Part shown: positions 25,155-35,880 of the stretch, piece after piece | Position numbering within the stretch: the first letter of the stretch is position 1 | Layout of the letters: every line of letters starts with the position of its first letter | DNA from: Clostridiales bacterium | GTDB lineage: Bacteria > Bacillota > Clostridia > Christensenellales > CAG-138 | Assembly (NCBI GenBank): GCA_024698505.1 | Contig: JAILRE010000003.1 | Span: 6,214 to 70,213, forward strand | Reading direction: 5' to 3' | DNA: 64,000 nucleotides | The notes under the pieces: generated by a model | The model's database searches: none | Told to the model about the DNA's origin: nothing | The model's input: only the letters and a program-made list of their open reading frames with translations | Translations under genes and position numbers: made by a program

Positions 25155-26356
25155 GGAAAACCATGGGACTGCTTCTAGTAATAACCGTATTGATACTCAG
25201 CCTTGCCGGGTGTCTGTCGCCCGTCGAGCTCGACGCCAACGGCTACGTGGTGCTGATAGGCGCGGACAGGGGAGTGAACAAGAAATACTATTTCACACTC
25301 GCGCTCCAGAGGGAGCTTGCGGAGCAGAACACGGAGTCGGAGGGCGGCGCTATCGCCCTTGCCTGCGAGGGAGACAGCATATTCGAGGCCGTTAACGAAC
25401 TGGAGGGGAACGTCCCCTACACGCTCAATTTCAGCAGGACGAACTTCATCGTGATAAGCCGCGAGCTCGCGGAGGAAGGCGCCCTTAGGGAGCTTGTGAC
25501 GACCTCCTTCGATTCCTTGAGGGTGCGCACTTCCGCCGTCGTCCTCGTGACCGACGGGGAGGTGTCGGAATTCGTAGGCGGAATGTACGCCAACAACGAC
25601 GCAAACATTTCCAAGCTCCAATCCGCGCTGATGCTTGACGAGGAGAAGACCGGCATGGTAAGCGTTATGAGCGTGAGCCGCCTTCTTGAGGCCAACGCAG
25701 AGGGCAGGTTCGATTACTGCACCGCGCTCGGCAGCTACGACGACGGGATCATCACCGATATGGAGCAGAAAAAGACCGAGAGCGAGGGCAAAAATCCGCT
25801 TGGCTACGTTGAAAAGGGAGACAGGGTCGGCGGGCTGAAATCGCTCGTATCCGGCACGGCGCTCTTCTCGGGCTGGAGCATGACGGGGGAGCTGACGAGG
25901 GAGGAGACGGTATTTCTGAACATGGCCGTCGGCGACTTCAAAAGCGGCGTGATAACGCTCGAATACAGGGACGGCTCGACCGTTTCGGTACTGCTCTCGA
26001 TGGGGAGCGTCAAAAGGGAGGTCGACTTCGGCGCGGAAGGCGTAAAGGCAAAGCTGCGCGTCAGGCTGTATGCCGCGGCGCACCTTGCAGACGAGGATAT
26101 TTCTCCTCGGGATATGGACGAATGGCTGACCGGCGATCTTGCGCGCTTTCTTGAAGGAAGACTCTATGAGGTGTTTGAAAAATGCCGGAGCGCGGGGAGC
26201 GACGCAATGCGCCTCGGGACGGAGCTCTCCAAACGCTTCGGCAGCGCCGAGGAGCTGGAAAAGTTCGGCTGGAGGGAGGCCTATCGCGGTATGAGCGCGG
26301 AGTTTATAGTGGAAACGGTGAACGTAGATAAATACGTCTCCGAAAGGATGCAGTAG
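25151..26356 (+). CDS. Spore germination protein, Ger(x)C-family lipoprotein
   Basis: ATG 25151 overlaps the B-subunit stop (ATGA). Lipoprotein signal MRKTMGLLLVITVLILSLAGC. Confidence 0.85.
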   Translation: MRKTMGLLLVITVLILSLAGCLSPVELDANGYVVLIGADRGVNKKYYFTLALQRELAEQNTESEGGAIALACEGDSIFEAVNELEGNVPYTLNFSRTNFIVISRELAEEGALRELVTTSFDSLRVRTSAVVLVTDGEVSEFVGGMYANNDANISKLQSALMLDEEKTGMVSVMSVSRLLEANAEGRFDYCTALGSYDDGIITDMEQKKTESEGKNPLGYVEKGDRVGGLKSLVSGTALFSGWSMTGELTREETVFLNMAVGDFKSGVITLEYRDGSTVSVLLSMGSVKREVDFGAEGVKAKLRVRLYAAAHLADEDISPRDMDEWLTGDLARFLEGRLYEVFEKCRSAGSDAMRLGTELSKRFGSAEELEKFGWREAYRGMSAEFIVETVNVDKYVSERMQ

Positions 26357-26364
26357 GTGGGAGC

Positions 26365-26517
26365 ATGACAGCATACTTCGTTTTCGCAGCCGCCTGCGCG
26401 GCGTATATCGGGTTTTACGCCGCCCACTGCATAAAAACGGGGCAGAGGACCGCCGCCGCGGGGGCGTTCCTCCTTATCGCCGCCTCGGTGTTTTTCGCGG
26501 TCTTTCCCATAAGATAA
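26365..26517 (+). CDS. Small (50 aa) two-TM ORF trailing the gerA-type operon
   Basis: ATG 26365 lies 8 nt after the C-subunit stop with GGTGGGAG upstream. Sequence MTAYFVFAAACAAYIGFYAAHCIKTGQRTAAAGAFLLIAASVFFAVFPIR. Below the ORF-track length cutoff. Confidence 0.35.
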   Translation: MTAYFVFAAACAAYIGFYAAHCIKTGQRTAAAGAFLLIAASVFFAVFPIR

Positions 26518-26536
26518 TTTATATTTTTCTATGCTC

Positions 26537-26565
26537 TTGAAAAAGCGCTTATTATGGTATATGAT
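26537..26565 (+). promoter_or_regulatory. Sigma-A-type promoter for mscL
   Basis: TTGAAA(26537-26542)-17 nt-TATGAT(26560-26565). Confidence 0.5.
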
Positions 26566-26596
26566 AAGCTTGATTAAACATGGAGGTGTTTAACTT

Positions 26597-27067
26597 ATGT
26601 GGAAAGAATTCAAAACATTCGCGCTTAAGGGCAACGTCGTTGACATGGCCGTCGGCGTCATCATCGGCGGCGCTTTCGGCGCGATCGTAACGTCCCTCGT
26701 GAACGACATTTTCATGCCCCTCATCGGCCTGATCTTCAAGACCAACTCCCTGACCGAGAAGTACATCCTCCTGAAGGCCTCCGAAGGCTATACGGAGGGC
26801 ATGACCGCTGCTGAGGCGACCGAGGCCGGCGCCAACATCCTGACCTACGGCAAGTTCATCAGCGTCATCATCAACTTCATCCTCATCGCCATCATCCTGT
26901 TCTTCGTCATCAAGGGCATCAACAAGCTCAAGGAGCTGGGCAAGAAGGAAGAAGAGGCCGCCGCTCCCGCTCCCAGGCTCTGCCCCTACTGCAAGTCCGA
27001 GATCGCGGAAGACGCCACCAGGTGCCCCCACTGCACCTCCGAGCTTCCCCTCATCCCCGAGGCGTAA
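26597..27067 (+). CDS. mscL: Large-conductance mechanosensitive channel with a C-terminal zinc-ribbon extension
   Basis: N-terminus MWKEFKTFALKGNVVDMAVGVIIGGAFGAIV is canonical MscL. The C-terminus carries CPYC-x12-CPHC. Confidence 0.9.
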   Translation: MWKEFKTFALKGNVVDMAVGVIIGGAFGAIVTSLVNDIFMPLIGLIFKTNSLTEKYILLKASEGYTEGMTAAEATEAGANILTYGKFISVIINFILIAIILFFVIKGINKLKELGKKEEEAAAPAPRLCPYCKSEIAEDATRCPHCTSELPLIPEA

Positions 27068-27151
27068 GCTCTCGCCGCGCAAGCTCCCGCTCTGCGCCGG
27101 TACAATCCAATAGCTAATAATAATCGCTTTTGAAAAGGAGATTTCTTTATC

Positions 27152-28369
27152 ATGGCCAAAATCCAAATGAAGACCCCTCTCGTTGAGATGGACGGCGACG
27201 AAATGACCCGTATTATCTGGTCGATGCTCAAAGAGCACCTGATCCTCCCCTTCGTTGACCTCAAGACCGAGTATTACGATCTCGGCCTCGTAAAGAGGGA
27301 TGAGACCGACGACCAGATCACCATCGACGCTGCCAACGCCTGCAAGAAGTACGGCGTAGGCGTCAAGTGCGCCACCATCACCCCGAATGCTCAGCGCATG
27401 ACGGAGTACAACCTCAAGAAGATGTGGAAGAGCCCCAACGGCACCATCCGCGCCATCCTCGACGGCACCGTGTTCCGCGCTCCCATCACGATGGACTGCC
27501 TCAAGCCCTCCGTAAGGAGCTGGAATAAGCCCATCACCATCGCCCGTCACGCTTACGGCGACATCTACAAGAACACCGAGTTCCGCGTACCCGGCGCAGG
27601 CAAGGCCGAGATCAAGTTCACCGACGAAGCCGGCAACGTCCTCTGCGACGAGACCGTATTCGATTTCAAGTGCCCCGGCGTCTTCATGGGCATGTACAAT
27701 AAGGACGATTCCATCGAGAGCTTCGCGAGGGCCTGCTTCCAGTATGCCATCGCCACCAAGCAGGATCTCTGGTTCTCCACCAAGGACACGATCTCCAAGA
27801 AGTACGATCATACCTTCAAGGATATCTTCCAGAGGATCTTCGACGAGGAGTACAAGGCCAAGTTCGACGAGCTGGGCATCACCTACTTCTACACCCTTAT
27901 CGACGACGCGGTAGCGCGCGTTATAAGGTCGAACGGCGGCTTCATCTGGGCTCTCAAGAACTATGACGGCGACGTTATGAGCGACATGGTCGCGACCGCC
28001 TTCGGTTCCCTCGCCATGATGACCAGCGTTCTCGTTTCCCCGGACGGCAACTACGAGTACGAGGCCGCGCACGGCACCGTAACCAAGCACTACTACAAGC
28101 ACCTTGCCGGCGAGACCACCTCCACCAACTCCATGGCCACCATCTTCGCCTGGAGCGGCGCCCTCAGGAAGAGGGGCGAGCTCGACGAGCTGCCCGAGCT
28201 GGTCCACTTTGCCAATATGCTCGAGAAGGCTTCCCTCGATACCATCGCCTCCGGCCATATGACGAAGGACCTCGCGCTCCTCGCCGATATGGAGGACAAG
28301 CACATCGAGACCACCGAGGGCTTCATCCTCAAGATCAAGGAGAACCTCGAGAAGCTCCTCGCCTGCTAA
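27152..28369 (+). CDS. icd: NADP-dependent isocitrate dehydrogenase (eukaryote-like homodimeric type)
   Basis: 405 aa. N-terminus [17 protein letters not shown] and core NYDGDVMSD are typical of type II IDH. Confidence 0.9.
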   Translation: MAKIQMKTPLVEMDGDEMTRIIWSMLKEHLILPFVDLKTEYYDLGLVKRDETDDQITIDAANACKKYGVGVKCATITPNAQRMTEYNLKKMWKSPNGTIRAILDGTVFRAPITMDCLKPSVRSWNKPITIARHAYGDIYKNTEFRVPGAGKAEIKFTDEAGNVLCDETVFDFKCPGVFMGMYNKDDSIESFARACFQYAIATKQDLWFSTKDTISKKYDHTFKDIFQRIFDEEYKAKFDELGITYFYTLIDDAVARVIRSNGGFIWALKNYDGDVMSDMVATAFGSLAMMTSVLVSPDGNYEYEAAHGTVTKHYYKHLAGETTSTNSMATIFAWSGALRKRGELDELPELVHFANMLEKASLDTIASGHMTKDLALLADMEDKHIETTEGFILKIKENLEKLLAC

Positions 28370-28425
28370 GCAAAACAACAGAAAGTCTGCGCTTTATGCC
28401 GCGGCAGAAAGCGCCGCGAAAAGAT

Positions 28426-28452
28426 TTGCCCCGCAAAAGCCTTGCGGGGCAA
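28426..28452 (+). terminator. Stem-loop after icd (no clear U-tract)
   Basis: 10-bp stem TGCCCCGCAA/TTGCGGGGCA (28427-28436 / 28442-28451), but followed by AACCCG. Confidence 0.35.
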
Positions 28453-28483
28453 ACCCGTTAAAACGCATGAAAGGAATAAGAAA

Positions 28484-28993
<510 letters not shown>

Positions 28994-29011
28994 AATCCGG
29001 CATAAAAAAGC

Positions 29012-29047
29012 CCGCGGATCCTCTTTTGAGGAAACGCGGACTTTTTA
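29012..29047. terminator. Bidirectional terminator between the SEC-C gene (+) and the MATE gene (-)
   Basis: Two-part stem (CCGCG/CGCGG plus CCTC/GAGG), flanked by AAAAAA upstream and TTTTT downstream. Confidence 0.55.
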
Positions 29048-29054
29048 TTCTCGG

Positions 29055-30386
29055 TCAATTCGTAAGCCTGTGCTTTTCCCAATGGCTGAACCGGAAGTAG
29101 AGGAAGGTTATAAGGCTGCACAGGAGCCACCCGGCGGGGTAGCCGAACACGATCCCAAGCATGGGGTTGCCCAGGTAGTTTGCCATAACGTAAAGGTAGA
29201 TCTGGCGGAACACCACAAAGCACCCTACCATTATGAACATCGGCGCTTTGCTGTCGCCCGCTCCGCGGAGCGCGCCAGCGTAGATCTGGTTCACGCAGCA
29301 GAAAACGTAGAACGGACTCATCAGCCGCAGGAACAGAGCTCCGTTCCTGATTATATCGGGGTTATCGTTGAAGAAGGTCACGAGCGGCTCAGCGAAAATG
29401 AGCACCGGCGCCATCAGTATGAGCATGCTCGCTATCGAAAGCAGCATAGCCGTCCGAACGCCCTTTCTCGCTCGGTCGACCTGGTTCACGCCAAGGTTCT
29501 GCCCTACGAAGGTCGTGGAGGCAAGCGATATCGACTGCATCGGAAGCAGCAGGAATGTGTCGATCTTTGAATATGCCGTCCATCCGCCCATGCAGTCGTC
29601 GCCGAAGAAATTGATGTAGCGCTGAACGAATATGTTGGAGAACGAGGTTATCGCCATCTGCAGTGCAGCGGGTATGCCTACCTTGAGGATCCTTACTAGC
29701 ATATCAAAATGCAGCTTCAATTCTTTTATCCTCAGCCGGCAGCAGTTGTCAATGCGCGTGAGGGTTATTATGATAAGCGCGGCAGAGAGCGTCTGCGCAA
29801 GCACAGTTGCGAGAGCGACGCCTTCGACTCCCATCTTGAAAACGAGAACGAACAGCAGGTCGAGAACGGTGTTCGTTCCGGCTGAAACGGCAAGGAAATA
29901 GAAGGGCCGCAGGGAATCTCCTACAGCTCGAAGTATGCCCGAGCCCATGTTGTACATAGTAAGCGAGATCATACCCGAGAAGTAGATGGTGAGGTAGAGC
30001 GAGGCTTCCCTGTGGATCTCTTCGGAAGGCATGCGCATAAAGCCGAGCATCGTCGGGACCATTATAACGCCGATTACCGTAAAAAGTGCTCCGAGTATAA
30101 GCGTCATCGTAACGGCGGTGTGAACGGTGGCCCTGACCTTATCATCCTGTTTTGCGCCGTAATACTGGCTTATCACGACTCCCGCTCCGGTGGATAAGCC
30201 CATAAAGAATCCTATCAGGAGGTTGATTATCGGTCCGACGTTTCCGACAGCGGAAAAGGCTGAGTCGCTGACGTAATTACCCACGACCCAGGTATCGACC
30301 GTATTATAGAGCTGTTGAAGAATGTTGCCTAAAAGAAGAGGAACAGCAAAAGTAATGAGCTGAGGGGCAATTTTCCCCTCGGTCAT
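29055..30386 (-). CDS. MATE family efflux transporter
   Basis: 12-TM protein. ATG 30386 follows AGGAAGG and gives MTEGKIAPQLITFAVPLLLGNILQQLYNTVD, a typical MATE N-terminus. The ORF is open to TTG 30437. Confidence 0.85.
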   Translation of the reverse strand: MTEGKIAPQLITFAVPLLLGNILQQLYNTVDTWVVGNYVSDSAFSAVGNVGPIINLLIGFFMGLSTGAGVVISQYYGAKQDDKVRATVHTAVTMTLILGALFTVIGVIMVPTMLGFMRMPSEEIHREASLYLTIYFSGMISLTMYNMGSGILRAVGDSLRPFYFLAVSAGTNTVLDLLFVLVFKMGVEGVALATVLAQTLSAALIIITLTRIDNCCRLRIKELKLHFDMLVRILKVGIPAALQMAITSFSNIFVQRYINFFGDDCMGGWTAYSKIDTFLLLPMQSISLASTTFVGQNLGVNQVDRARKGVRTAMLLSIASMLILMAPVLIFAEPLVTFFNDNPDIIRNGALFLRLMSPFYVFCCVNQIYAGALRGAGDSKAPMFIMVGCFVVFRQIYLYVMANYLGNPMLGIVFGYPAGWLLCSLITFLYFRFSHWEKHRLTN

Positions 30387-30521
30387 ATCCACGTCCTTCC
30401 TCGAAAGAAACTCGCCTAAACGCTTTACCGCCGTCAAGATCCGTTACCTGCCTGCACTGTCTGATTTTGTCAATATTCTAACCGAGAACACGATCCTTTT
30501 CAATAAGAGGACAGTATATAT

Positions 30522-30544
30522 TAAAAGCCCCGCTTAAGCGGGGC
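30522..30544 (-). terminator. Rho-independent terminator of the lipoprotein gene
   Basis: Stem GCCCCGC/GCGGGGC (30527-30544), followed on the minus strand by TTTT. Confidence 0.7.
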
Positions 30545-30563
30545 TCGATCCGTTTTATTGTCA

Positions 30564-31505
30564 TCAGTCGCTGTAGCCGATATCGAAGTACTCGTCCTGA
30601 TTTACGCCGTTGAGGTATACGCCGAATTCGTCCTCCGTGATGCGCACCTCGAGCTCGGCAATGGCCAAACGCCCGTCGTCAAGCATGAAAGACACCTCGT
30701 TTATTAGGTCCGTTTTATAGGGAGTCAGGGAATCGCCTTCGTTAAGCGTGATCTCTTCGCCGGGCCTGCCTGCGTCGTCGAGCAGCTTTAACGTGATGCT
30801 GCGCTTTAACGTCATGGGCTCGGCGTCCTCGCCGTAACTGAAGTCGCAGATGTTTACAAAGCTGTCGGAAGAAACTGTAAACCATGCGGGAAGGAAGGAG
30901 GTGCCGAGCACTTCGGTCCTGCAAAAGGCATAAAAACCGAGCCCGGAAGTGAACGGATGATCCTCGTCGATCGTGATATCAAGACCGTCGCCGAAGCTTA
31001 CGATCCTGTCGCCGCTGTCGGCGACACGCAGAGCGCCGCAGGAGTAGTCGTTGCTGTCGTATTCGTCGGTCCAGATCACCTCGAGGCGGCTGTCGGTGTA
31101 GTCACAGTCGATCACCCATGCGCGGATCTCATACACGTTAGTGATCTGTTCCTCTGCGGGATGATCGGGATCTGCGCCGCGCGTAACGATGATCGTATAA
31201 TCGGCGTCATACTCGTCCTTGCGATCCATGCGAAGCAGAACGGTATCCTCGAGGCCGTCGCAGTCCAGATCGGTTATGAATTCCTCGTCGGGCTGCAGGG
31301 GCATGCAGTAGTCACGGATGCCGGTGATCTCTTCGGATGCCTCGGTTTGATTGGGCGCCGCGGTCTCTTCGGGAGCCTCGGTCGGCGCTTCTGTAACGAC
31401 GGGCGCTTCGGTCGGCACATTTGCCGAAGGAGTGGGGGAGCTTGTGCATGCCGTGAGGGCAAGCGCCATGGACACTGCAATAATCAATGCGATCAGCTTT
31501 TTCAT
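30564..31505 (-). CDS. Hypothetical lipoprotein
   Basis: 313 aa. Signal plus lipobox MKKLIALIIAVSMALALTAC, then a Pro/Thr/Glu/Ala linker. No recognised catalytic motif. Confidence 0.7.
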   Translation of the reverse strand: MKKLIALIIAVSMALALTACTSSPTPSANVPTEAPVVTEAPTEAPEETAAPNQTEASEEITGIRDYCMPLQPDEEFITDLDCDGLEDTVLLRMDRKDEYDADYTIIVTRGADPDHPAEEQITNVYEIRAWVIDCDYTDSRLEVIWTDEYDSNDYSCGALRVADSGDRIVSFGDGLDITIDEDHPFTSGLGFYAFCRTEVLGTSFLPAWFTVSSDSFVNICDFSYGEDAEPMTLKRSITLKLLDDAGRPGEEITLNEGDSLTPYKTDLINEVSFMLDDGRLAIAELEVRITEDEFGVYLNGVNQDEYFDIGYSD

Positions 31506-31738
31506 TGTATCATTCCTCTTTTCATAATACTTTTTTTAAGCTGCTTTCCATCGGAAGTCAGCTTGAAGATCGCTTCTATTTTTATAACGCATGAACGGTC
31601 GGTTGGTTTCCGGATGTTTCGGGAAATTCACAATATATTCAGCGGCGCGTTTGAAAAAGCAGAAGACGGTGGGTAAGGTGAGTTATGCCAAAGCCGCTAT
31701 AAGTTAATTTTTCGTGGTATCCGCCTTCATGCGCATAT

Positions 31739-31778
31739 AAAGCGCGAAGCGTTCCGGACGGATATTGCTTCGCGCTTT
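31739..31778 (-). terminator. Stem-loop after deoC
   Basis: 12-bp stem AAAGCGCGAAGC/GCTTCGCGCTTT with a 16-nt loop and a weak U-tract. Confidence 0.5.
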
Positions 31779-31816
31779 GTATTAGTTTACCGGGAACGTG
31801 CGGTCCCGTTTATGTA

Positions 31817-32476
31817 TCAGCCGAGCAGCTTAACGCCGTTCGAGGTGCCGAGCCTCGAAGCGCCGGCCGCTATCATTTTTTCGGCGTCCTCGGGCGTCCT
31901 GACTCCGCCGGAGGCCTTTACGCCGAGCCTCGTTCCGACGACGCCGCGCATCAAAGCAACGTCCTCGGGGGTGGCTCCGCCTGTGGAGAAGCCGGTGGAG
32001 GTCTTGACGTAATCGGCTCCCGCGCGCATCGCGGCCTCGCAGGCAAGGATCTTCTCCTCGTCGGTCAGAAGGCAGGTCTCGATAATGACCTTGAGAAGCG
32101 CATGGCGGGGGCCGGGCTCGTTATGAGCCGCCTTGACTACGGCCCTTATGTCGTCCTCGAGGAGCTTTATATCGCCGTCCTTGACCGCGCCGATATTGAT
32201 GACCATATCGACCTCGTCCGCGCCGTTTGCGACGCAGTAGGCCGCTTCAAAGGCCTTAGCCTCGGTCGCCATGGCGCCGAGAGGGAACCCGACCACGCAG
32301 CAGGTCTTGACTCCCGTGCCCTTGAGCGCGGCGGAGACCAGCGCGCAGTGGCAGGAGTTGACGCATACGGACTTGAATCCGTGCTCCGCGGCCTCCATGC
32401 ATATCTTGATTATGGCCTCCTTTTTGGCGTCCGCCTTAAGCAGGGTATGGTCGACGTACTTTTCGATGTTTTCCAT
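31817..32476 (-). CDS. deoC: Deoxyribose-phosphate aldolase
   Basis: ATG 32476 follows [17 protein letters not shown] and the Schiff-base Lys region [11 protein letters not shown]. Confidence 0.9.
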   Translation of the reverse strand: MENIEKYVDHTLLKADAKKEAIIKICMEAAEHGFKSVCVNSCHCALVSAALKGTGVKTCCVVGFPLGAMATEAKAFEAAYCVANGADEVDMVINIGAVKDGDIKLLEDDIRAVVKAAHNEPGPRHALLKVIIETCLLTDEEKILACEAAMRAGADYVKTSTGFSTGGATPEDVALMRGVVGTRLGVKASGGVRTPEDAEKMIAAGASRLGTSNGVKLLG

Positions 32477-32493
32477 ATTATCGATCCTCCGTT

Positions 32494-33809
<1,316 letters not shown>

Positions 33810-33836
33810 ATTTCGGGCTCCTTTCGCGTTTTCATC

Positions 33837-33845
33837 ATTATACCA
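33837..33845 (-). promoter_or_regulatory. Extended -10 promoter element for the HMA-mnmA-deoC operon
   Basis: On the minus strand reads TGGTATAAT (TGnTATAAT). The -35 is weak. Confidence 0.5.
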
Positions 33846-33919
33846 GAAAAGGGCGCAAAAATAAATAAGCAAGCCCGTCATTTTGAAAAAAACAGGGGGT
33901 GTACATACGACAAGTTTCG

Positions 33920-33928
33920 TGATATAAT
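33920..33928 (+). promoter_or_regulatory. Extended -10 promoter element for the carboxypeptidase gene
   Basis: TGATATAAT at 33920-33928, about 30 nt upstream of GTG 33960. Confidence 0.5.
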
Positions 33929-33959
33929 ATCATTTAACCTGAAGTGGGGGTTTATTCCT

Positions 33960-35795
33960 GTGAGAAGACTGACACGAATATTGGTCTGTTTGATGATGAT
34001 CTTCGCGGCGCTCGTTCCGTCCGTGAGCATGGCGGAAAGGTCCCAGCTCGACGCGATAACCACGCCCCATATCATACTTTACGATCCCGATTCGGAGACC
34101 GTCCTTTACCAGAAGGACGCTTATTCGAGGGCGTATCCCGCCAGCACCACCAAGATAATGACCTGCATCGTCGCGCTCGAGAACTGCGAGGATCTCGACT
34201 CGCAGTATACTTGCGGCTTCGAGGCGGAGAACGGCTTCTTCGCGCAGAGCTCCCTGCTCGGGCTCAAGTACGGCTACATCATGACGATAAGGGATATGCT
34301 ATACGGTCTGATGCTCTGCTCGGGCAACGACTGCGGCGCGTGCCTTGCCGTCGCCACTTCCGGCTCGATGGATACCTTCATCCAGCTTATGAACGAAAAG
34401 GCCCTCGAGATCGGCATGAGGGATACCCACTACACGAACGCGCACGGCCTTCATAACGACGAACACTACACCACCGCTTACGATATGGCGCTCCTCATGG
34501 CGTACGCCCTCAAGAACGAGGCCTTCCGTGAGATAATCGCCACCAAGGAATACACCGTCGTCGAGGCGACGGGCAAATTCACCAAGACCATACAGACCTC
34601 CAACAAGCTCATCTACACCAAGCCCGACGTCGACTGGGAGGACAATATCTACGAATACGCCATCGGCGGCAAAACGGGCGAGACGAATATCGCCGGTTAC
34701 TGCCTCGTCGAGGCGGCGGAGAAGGACGGAGTAACCCTCATAACCGTCCTCATGGGCGATAAGAACAACGGAGGAACTTCCCCCTATTACAGGTTCCACA
34801 ACGCGATACTCCTCTTCAATTACGGCTTCGCTCAGTACGCGGCTTACGATCTGGCGCATTATAACGTGCAGAATTCGTTCAACGTCCAGACGACCGATTA
34901 CGATCCCGGCGATCCCAACAGGGGCGTCATCACGGCAGAGGTCGATATCTCGTCCGTTGTGATAAGGGGCAGTTTGACCGAGCTTTCCCGTATCAACGAC
35001 AGAAGCTTCGTCTGGAAGGAGCCCGAGCTCGATCCCGAGGCTGTAAAGGCGCCCGTCACGGCGGGCGATAAGCTCGGAACGGCAACGCTGCTCTGTAACG
35101 GCGAGCCGATATTCACGGGCGATCTCATCGCCAAGACGGATATGGCGGCCAACTATCAGGCCGTCGAGACTGCGCCGCCCTCCGGCTTCATAAAGGACAA
35201 CACCGCCAAGAGCCGCGACGTGTGCAACCTCACCGTCAGCAAGAACGGCGGCGAGCCGGAGTACACCGTCTGGTACTATTTCAAGAACACCCTGTACACG
35301 ATGCAGGACAGCATAAAGCCCTTCTACCTCTACTGCGACGGAGAGGTCTTCCGCTCCGCCAAGGCGCCCGCAGTTTCGAACCGCGTCGATCTGTTCAAGC
35401 AGGTCACGGCGGACGACGGCACGGTGACCTACGTCTACACAGAGAGCACCGTCCCCGGCGAGAAGTATCTCGTCGTTTCCCAGGGCAGGGCGCTCCAGGC
35501 CTCCAAGAAGGGCAGGAGCCTCGTCGCGGTGCCCGTTACCGTTGACGAGGGCGGCAGGATCACCTCCGAGGTCACGGACAATATGCTCTGGTCCTTCAAC
35601 CCCAACGGTCAGGGCTACCAGCTCATCTCCAACGGCCGCTACCTCCACAGGAGCGGCGGCGACGGGCTGCTGTTCTGGATACTGATAGGCGTGCTCTTCA
35701 TAGCGCTGATAATAATAATAAGGCTCCTCGCCACCAGCAGGACGAGGCGCCGCAACCCGAAGAGAAGGGGCAAATACAAGATCTACCGCATGTAA
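33960..35795 (+). CDS. D-alanyl-D-alanine carboxypeptidase (S11, PBP5-like) with an extra C-terminal module and TM anchor
   Basis: GTG 33960 follows GTGGGGG. Signal-like RRLTRILVCLMMIFAALVPSVSMA. SxxK (ASTTK), SGN (CSGND) and KTG (GGKTGE). About 190 extra residues, then the TM segment LLFWILIGVLFIALIIIIRLL. Confidence 0.85.
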   Translation: MRRLTRILVCLMMIFAALVPSVSMAERSQLDAITTPHIILYDPDSETVLYQKDAYSRAYPASTTKIMTCIVALENCEDLDSQYTCGFEAENGFFAQSSLLGLKYGYIMTIRDMLYGLMLCSGNDCGACLAVATSGSMDTFIQLMNEKALEIGMRDTHYTNAHGLHNDEHYTTAYDMALLMAYALKNEAFREIIATKEYTVVEATGKFTKTIQTSNKLIYTKPDVDWEDNIYEYAIGGKTGETNIAGYCLVEAAEKDGVTLITVLMGDKNNGGTSPYYRFHNAILLFNYGFAQYAAYDLAHYNVQNSFNVQTTDYDPGDPNRGVITAEVDISSVVIRGSLTELSRINDRSFVWKEPELDPEAVKAPVTAGDKLGTATLLCNGEPIFTGDLIAKTDMAANYQAVETAPPSGFIKDNTAKSRDVCNLTVSKNGGEPEYTVWYYFKNTLYTMQDSIKPFYLYCDGEVFRSAKAPAVSNRVDLFKQVTADDGTVTYVYTESTVPGEKYLVVSQGRALQASKKGRSLVAVPVTVDEGGRITSEVTDNMLWSFNPNGQGYQLISNGRYLHRSGGDGLLFWILIGVLFIALIIIIRLLATSRTRRRNPKRRGKYKIYRM

Positions 35796-35815
35796 GATCG
35801 ATTTGACGAATAAGG

Positions 35816-35864
35816 ATCGGCTTTAGCCGCTTCGGGGAAACGGGGTTGCCAAAGCCGATTTTAT
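35816..35864 (+). terminator. Stem-loop after the carboxypeptidase gene, overlapping the next promoter
   Basis: 9-bp stem ATCGGCTTT/AAAGCCGAT (35816-35824 / 35851-35859), 26-nt loop, then TTTTA. Confidence 0.4.
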
Positions 35865-35874
35865 GTACTATAAT
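35846..35874 (+). promoter_or_regulatory. Sigma-A-type promoter ending 6 nt before ATG 35881
   Basis: TTGCCA(35846-35851)-17 nt-TATAAT(35869-35874). Confidence 0.6.
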
Positions 35875-35880
35875 CCCCCT

